A program made the translations under genes and the position numbers. The notes under the pieces are model-generated. The model ran no database searches. It was not told the origin of the DNA and saw nothing but the letters and a program-made list of their open reading frames with translations. Shown piece by piece: positions 56,673 through 64,000 of a stretch of DNA of 64,000 nt; position 1 is the stretch's first letter, and each line of letters opens with the position of its first letter. The DNA comes from Adineta vaga (lineage: Eukaryota; Animalia; Rotifera). The stretch covers positions 5,022,001 through 5,086,000 of the forward strand of contig CP075497.1 in NCBI GenBank assembly GCA_021613535.1, given 5' to 3'.

Positions 56673-59600
56673 TATCAATTAGAGATTAATTACCTGAAAT
56701 ATAGAAAGAAAAAAACAAATATGTAAATCGTTTTTATTCATAAAATCTAAGTAGTAACTCCGTTGTTTTAATCAATTAGAAACATATACATGTATATATA
56801 CGTTCTCATATGGTTCACATTTCTTCTCCTTCTTCTTTCCTACATTTTAATGAAGCTCATGTATATACACCTTAGTCCAAGAACAGGTGCTAAATGGGTT
56901 CTAGTCTGTCGGAAGCCTGACGTGTCCATCGATCATGTTGTTTTTAAGAGAGTAAAGAAGCATATCAATTTAAAGTTCATGTACAAATTGAATAAAATGT
57001 GTACGTGGTTCAATCGGATCGGTCACTTTGAATCTTCATATATGCGATGCAGTCAGAAACATAAACACACGCATACATTACTTTCTTTCTCATGAGAAAA
57101 GCGAGAAAAAGAGAAAAGTCTTGAACATTATTCATAATCGCATACAATGATCGAAATTCAATCAAACACACAAGCAGTGATTAACACTCATACACGCTTA
57201 TTCTCTCTTTTTTTATTTTATACATTCAATGTATTACTACTCTTCAATTTTCAACTCAATACTATAAGTTCCGACATGAAAAAAGGCAGAAGGAGAGGAG
57301 AGATGATGAGAGACATCATTATGTACATCGTTTTCCTCTCTTTGGTCTTTCGTCGGCGACATGGTTTGACAAGCGGAAATGACGAGTGCGGATGGGAGAT
57401 CTCCCGCTACGCTCATCATCATCGAATTGAGAGAAAAACGTAGGGCGGCAATTATATACACACTCACATCATATATACATACGTACATGCATACAAAAGC
57501 TTCTATGACAAGATTTCATACAGATGAAGGTGCAAAGTAGCCATCAAAATGCATCATCAAATGGACCACAAATATAATACGTATATGTCGTTTGAGATCA
57601 TGCGCATTTATATATTGAAAAAAGAAAACTGACATATGACAAATCTCTTGAACAATAGTAAGAAGAGAAAAAGAAAATCTATTTAAAAATGTCTATTCAA
57701 TATCTCATCATTTTTTTCTGCCTGAAAAATTTCGACTTCAAAAATAACTAGTTCATTCAAGACTGTTTGTTCATTTGTTCTCTCTCATTTTTTTGTTCGC
57801 TCTCTCTCTCCTTCTCCTTCACTCTCTCTATCAAGAGTAATCATAATTCTCTTATTTCTATTTCTAGCTAGCTGTTCTTCTCTTCCTCTCTCTCTCTCTT
57901 TCTTTCTCTCTCTCTCCTTATCCCCCTCTTCTCTATCTACTTATTCAATCAATCGGTTTTTTTTATTTCTCCTGCTGAGTAAAAACGAATCAAGTGGCAA
58001 ATCACAAAACGAAATTTGTTTGAACTAAAATATAAAACTACATCAGCTTAAGACATTAAGAAAGAGAAGTTAGTTTTTCAATATAAAAGTGAAAAAGCTT
58101 ATTACAGTCGAATAATCGCCGCAGGTAGTACTTGAAAACCTAGACACATGAAATTATGCGATGACGACGGTCTTTTTGATCATTGTCGTCCTACTCATCC
58201 ACTCAACTTTACTAGCATATATGAATATATATATATGGCTTCGGTCAACCTTCATACATATATGTATATATAAGCAGTCTCACCTAAATGTTTGCTCACC
58301 AGCAGCAACACAAGAAGCAACAATAAAATAAGAGAAGGAAGACATTATCTTTTATATATATATGCACTGAATTCATGCGCATATTGCAAGTAAGAAGAAG
58401 AAAAAAAAGTATATACACATTAAATGTTACACGCACGCACGCACCTGAGCTATGTATACAATAGTAGCACTAAAAATGGCGTAATCAGTCGTAGATACTA
58501 TAGACCGAATTGACTACGAAACTGTGCCAGTAGACAGAACTCCGACTTTTCCCATAATGAATTCTTAGATTCTCACACATACATACAGGTGACGCAACTT
58601 TCTAACATGTATGGTTGCTGCTGCAACTGTCAAGAGGCAATAAACTTCCTTATATTCATCTTCATCACTGTTCAATATTGAACTAAAGAAAAGAGTTAAC
58701 TATTTTTTATCTTCAACAACATCTGTGACATAGTCTTCTTGCTCTCTTTTTTTGTCCTCACTCTCTCTTTTACATACACATTCTTTTGTCTTATTTAAAT
58801 ATATACAAAAAAAAAAACGTCTTGCCACATCGAATGTATTCTTCTATTTGTACGAACTACTTTTTTTTCAATTGTCCACTGTTTGATGATCATCATGAGG
58901 GACAAATAATTGATCATCAATTTTTTTCTCATAAATAAATCATCTCATGTCAAAAATAATCATCGAATTAGTTGTCCTTCGCAATAAAGACGATAGGGAT
59001 GGACAGTTTCAAACAGATCAGTTTAATTACAGAATGACTTTCTTTCTAATAATAATAGAATAGAAGATTGAAGCTTGGACAATTATTAGCATATTGAAAA
59101 GGAGGGTATGAACGCACGCATATATGTGGATCAATGTATGTATAATGTGCAAGTGAAGAACACAAAAGCTTTTGCGCAAATGACAAAGCGTCGAGGTGTA
59201 TGGTTATTGATTAGATAGACGCCGGCCTTTCTCTGTGCATGTATGCGGACGCTCACACACATTCAGGAAGTCGAAGTATAAAAAAAAGAAAAAAAACCTT
59301 GAACTTAGCAATGGTGTTTGTAGTTCCGGGAAATTTGAGTAGCAGATATTTCCATTTCTTACTACAAGGTAATGATGATCTCAAGTTACACATCGATGTC
59401 ACAATGACAGCATCCGTTGTTTGATAAGAGATGTGCATAAAATTAGTCAGCGTGACTATTTAAAAAGAAATTACGAAACACAAAAGATTATTATTAATCT
59501 TTTGACATTGTCTAGAAAAATGTCGTATTTGACAGGCAAATGATAAGACGTGATACTCAACTTTCTTGGTCACTATACAATGGCAAAAAAACAATGAGAT

Positions 59601-62600
59601 CCATAAATTAGGCGAATAGGTACAATAACAATAGGCAACAATAATTTGTCTAATGAAAAGCAATAATCTGTTTTCGTTCGTTTGTATACATTACCATCCG
59701 GTGTGGAAAGAAAGCGAATAAAGGATAAAGAGAGAGAGCGAGAGCAAGAGAGGAGAAAAATGAAGAAGAAATGAAAATAAATGAAGTTAAGAATAATGTT
59801 CTTTTCTCACTATTAGTACTACTATTACTTATACACTGCTGCCACTGTCAATCATATATCCATATTGTACATATATACTATACATGTACATACATATATA
59901 CAAATATATTATACATCCTAATGGTGCACTCCCTTTTTCTTCGTTCTCGCGCTTTTAAGTGTACGCATGTATGACTGAACGAGGATGAGGAGGAGCGAAT
60001 AAAATGCCTTTAGGTGAATTAAAATGAAGAGACCAGTAAATCATATATTGCGGCGAGGTGAATGAACTGGTCCTGAAATAACATCAATTGTATGTATGTT
60101 CTCTTGAAAGAAATTCAACAATTGTGAAAGAAAATATTGTCATCTGAACAATTAAACTATGAATCAATTCTATACAACATTTTAGAACAAACCTATATCC
60201 GTACTGTGTCAATCAATACAAGTTATTACATTGACCAGTTTGTTAATGGACCGTTAAGCCTGCAAGGTAGACCTTCTATATCAATGTCTGTTAAAAATGT
60301 TACAAATAATAGCCTTCATAGCACACTAACAGGATTATAACGAGAAGAGAAGAAAAAAAATTACGAGATTCAGTTTTTTTTCTCCTTCTCGTCTCTATCT
60401 ATCATCAAATATCTTATTTCGTCTGACCAAACTCTAATGAATAATATACAGTTTTGGTAAAATACGATGAACACCAATTAGGAATTGATCGATTGATTGT
60501 CTATTTGTATGTCCGTCAATTGACGATCTATCATCGAGTCTATATTTCAATAATGTATTTTCTAATTCGGTCGAAATGACTATGTTGGGAACTAACTACA
60601 GAAGGTGCATATGTTTCTATCTCTCTCTCTCTCTCTCTATCACTTATCATCAACATCATCATTAACATCACGTAAAAGCAAAAGGGCAAGAATAGTAATA
60701 TCTTCTAGACATTGTGTAACTTCTTTTTTCTCTCTTGATTGTCCATTGTCTATTGGAATTTTTGTAATCATTTTCGTCTTACGATAGAGAAGAAGAAGAA
60801 ATGAGAAGGGCAAGCGTTAACATATATAAAATAAAAGAAAGATATATGTATAGTGTATTTTTCTGCATCATCAGGGTGTAAAAAGCGCAAGCACGTTTTG
60901 TCGTCAATGCTAGGTGCACGTTTAGTTTGTTAGTTCTTACATCATCTAACGTTGTTGTCATCGTCTAATCGATCTTTCACATCATTTGTGTATTCAAGAT
61001 GAATTCTTTTGTTTATTCTTAATTATTTTTTACAACATTATCCTCGCTTACGTTGTCACATACATACATACACACATACACCTAGCTTTTTATATTGTAT
61101 AAATATAATGAAAAGAAGAAGGTAAAAAAGAAAAGAAAAGAGCGTGTTGTATCTCTTTCATCGTTCATCATTGAATCGTTCCGGTAATCGGATCGTTTTT
61201 TTTCTTCTTAGGTATACACACACCTTTTTTGATTGTTCTTCACACCATATATATATATACATATATACGTTCTCATTCCTATGTAAAGGTCACAGATTAC
61301 GAAATCGATTTTCGTTGTCACCGACCAACATCAGTGAACATACACGATCAAGTTCGAACGACTTTCCACCTACTTACCAATAGCCATCAGATGTTCATCA
61401 TTGTCTTCTGATAGATTTGCTTTCGGCGGCGTTTTTTTTCTCATCTCGAGACAATAGACGTCGTTCTCATCGTCTACTTATCATCTTAGGCTCAGCCCGC
61501 TATAGAGATGGTACTTTTTATGTTCGCTTATTGAAAAATCACTTTGCTCAATTCATATGCCCTCTGGTCTCTTTGCTTTTTCTCATCTAATCGTCTAAGT
61601 AGTCTCATCTATTCAATGTTAGTCACTTGTTCGTTGTTGTTTTTCTTTTTATTTAAGAATGAATGATTGATCGACTTAGAAATATTAAGCTCTTGAACAG
61701 TTGATCAATATATTTCGAAGATGATGTATATAAATATTCTGTTCTTAATTTCCGCATTTGATCGATCTGGAAGATTTTAATCAAGGTTAAGAAATATATG
61801 CAACATAGAATATGATGTCATTTTAATATAACGGTAAAAAATCCTTTATTTGGGTTGACATGATGATTATTTCCTGTATTTGTTTTTAATCTCGCATGCT
61901 GTTTGAACTTGTCGGTCGAGTTACTTGCTTTACTTTTACTAAGTTACTACTTGCATGTATATGTACAAAAAGAAAACGATAGACAGACAGCAGACAAATG
62001 AATAAGAAAAAGTGTACACTCGAGAATCAGACTCGACTGACGACATCCGTTGTTCGCGTAATTTGACTTTTCCTTAATTGTACGGAAACGAAGACAGAAA
62101 AAGACTAATTAAAGACGTTTGAAATATGATGACGATGTTATGTTCGCTTGGTCAAGAACATCAGGAACTAACGAATGTCTCCTAACATTTAAATCGATTC
62201 TTGTCAACCTGTCTGTATATATTCAATCAGACGATTAATTGAGGAAATGAAAACAAGACGAGACTTTTGATGATGCCATAGGGAGACATTTTCTCAACAA
62301 AAATGATATATTCAAAGAATAAGACAAAAAGAAAGAGGAAATTCATTATCATTAGTAACAACATTCTTTGTCACTTTACGTTGTACTATTATGATTTACT
62401 CTAGTGATTCAATAGATTTGTAATGTAGTTATTTCTCATCAATATAATAGAATAAAAAATGAATCAATATTTGATTTTTTTTATATATATTCTAACTTAC
62501 TATGACAAGTACTCTTAACATAGATTGTATATGTAATTTAGTTAACATTTTTCTACATGATAGATGTTGCTTGAACTAGTGTCTTACATGAATGTCAAGT

Positions 62601-62726
62601 TGAATTGAGGTGATACTTTCTATTTTATGTTCTTAGAAGAAAATGTTATAAATTAACTTGCTGATAAAGTAGATTTTAAATAGAAATCTCTTGAATTTTC
62701 GATGAATGAATGATTGAATATGTATT

Positions 62727-63627
62727 TTATTTTGAGAGAAAAGATGGTTCAATTACAAATGAAAATTCATCATAAATATATTCATCATATTTTCCATCAT
62801 CTGTCTTCTGTGAGCTAGATTTTACATTCATAATATCATGCATGGCTTTTGTTGCTTTGATAATCAATTTAGGTTGAACATTTGGAATATTATGACCTGG
62901 TAATATAGATCAACTTTTGAAGTCATTTTTGCTAATTTTTCTAATGAAATTAGATAATCTTGAAGATTTGTTTCTGGTCGATAGAGAAGAATTGGACCTT
63001 GATAAAAGGTATCACCAACAAATAATAAACGTTGTTTTTCATCAAGAAATGAAATAGAATCTGGTGCATGACCTGGTGTTGAGATAATTTCTAATTCATG
63101 ATCATGTCCAAGAATAATTCGATCACCTTCTTTGACATAGTTATTTATTTGGAAAGGATGGATACGATAGGTTTTACGGTTGAAACCTTTTGGTAAATAT
63201 TTTTCCCAAATCATGCCTGGTTGTAATTCGTTTGAGCTTCGTCAATTGAACCTTTGGCATTCTGTTCAGCAAATTCAGAATGAATACCATAGAGTGAACC
63301 AGAAAAACGCCAATTATCACCAACATGATCATGATGAGTATGTGTATTGATTACTTTCAATGATGTAGATGAAGGAATTAAAAATTCAACTATTTTTCGA
63401 ATATTTTCAATTCCCATTCCTGTATCAATCAGAAGAGAAGATTGAGAACCAATGACAAGATATGATATTGACTCTTCCCAATGATATGGTTCATAAATAG
63501 CAAAAACAGTAGGACGAATACGATAAACTTCAAACCATTTTTGAGATGGAACTGTAACGCGTTCGAGAAGAGAATATTGTGGTCGTGGTAATTTTGAACA
63601 CCAAGCTGGTTTTGTTAAAGAAGACAT
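62727..63627 (-). CDS. Intronless metallo-beta-lactamase-fold hydrolase, bacterial-like; two 1-bp deletions
   Basis: LIDTGMG, NTHTHHDHVGDN (HxHxDH), TPGHAPDS, LFVGD and, after frame correction, LPGHN. ORFs 63211-63627 and 62864-63214 join once single missing bases near 63232 and 62905 are restored; stop at 62727. Confidence 0.88.
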
Positions 63628-64000
63628 CAGCCTAAATTAATCTTTGTATAGTTTGACTCAGAATGATATGAACATACCTTTTGGAAATCAATCGAAAGCA
63701 GCATTGATGTATATTCAACATTGTTTATTGAGAAGTTATTCGAATACGAATATTCTATTTATACGTAGTATCATGAGCAGATTTGTCACAGTTTCGATGA
63801 TATCAAAGAAAAAGATAAAATTCTTTCATAATCAAAAGTGAAACTAATACGAAAAAATAAGATGACTCAACATAAACTGTTTACCGTTTATTATTTAAGA
63901 AAAGGTCTCTTATCATGAAAAAAAACTATATTTTCTTATTTGTCATGTTCTGTGTTTTGACAGAACTCTTATTTGCGTTTTTCTTACGAATCTGTTCCAG

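Noticed and set aside
58097-58130. GCTTATTACA followed by a donor-like CAG|GTAG, reminiscent of a rotifer spliced-leader exon
   Set aside because: Only about 10 nt match the leader as I recall it and the rest diverges; insufficient to call an SL RNA gene.
60031-60072. GACCAGT...ACTGGTC hairpin considered as a pre-miRNA
   Set aside because: Only a 7-bp perfect stem and no recognisable conserved miRNA sequence.
56790-61411. Many 60-100 aa F/L/I/Y-rich ORFs in intergenic DNA (also 31-270, 1333-1608, 4991-6414, 33003-34547)
   Set aside because: Expected from AT-rich and microsatellite sequence; no recognisable domains, and several start at non-ATG codons.

Overview
This window is eukaryotic, AT-rich, gene-dense animal DNA with many short (about 50-70 nt) GT-AG introns, so the ORF track mostly shows exon fragments. 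The mix of metazoan genes, tiny introns and bacterial-type genes suggests a bdelloid rotifer (inference). Metazoan genes in order: PBX/extradenticle, a short Crk-like SH2-SH3 adaptor, a SEPT2-group septin, a very long Lhx1/5-like LIM-homeodomain gene, a kainate/AMPA-type iGluR, SLC33A1, ThrRS with a spliced mitochondrial presequence, a PM20D1-like M20 peptidase, a CCSER-like protein, a Nanchung/OCR-type TRPV, WDR31, an LRR protein, MOK kinase, PSAT1 and a protocadherin. Three orphan ORFs/genes are also present. Two bacterial-type genes flank the block. At the left end is an MscL mechanosensitive channel that has gained a spliceosomal intron, has altered gate residues and carries TGA at the conserved Arg codon. 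At the right end is an intronless MBL-fold hydrolase. Other points: RFX X-boxes upstream of MOK and of a 103-aa orphan, a possible ciliary gene cluster, a septin with an altered P-loop, and up to seven apparent 1-bp deletions that probably reflect assembly error. All gene models were spliced by eye and no database searches were run.
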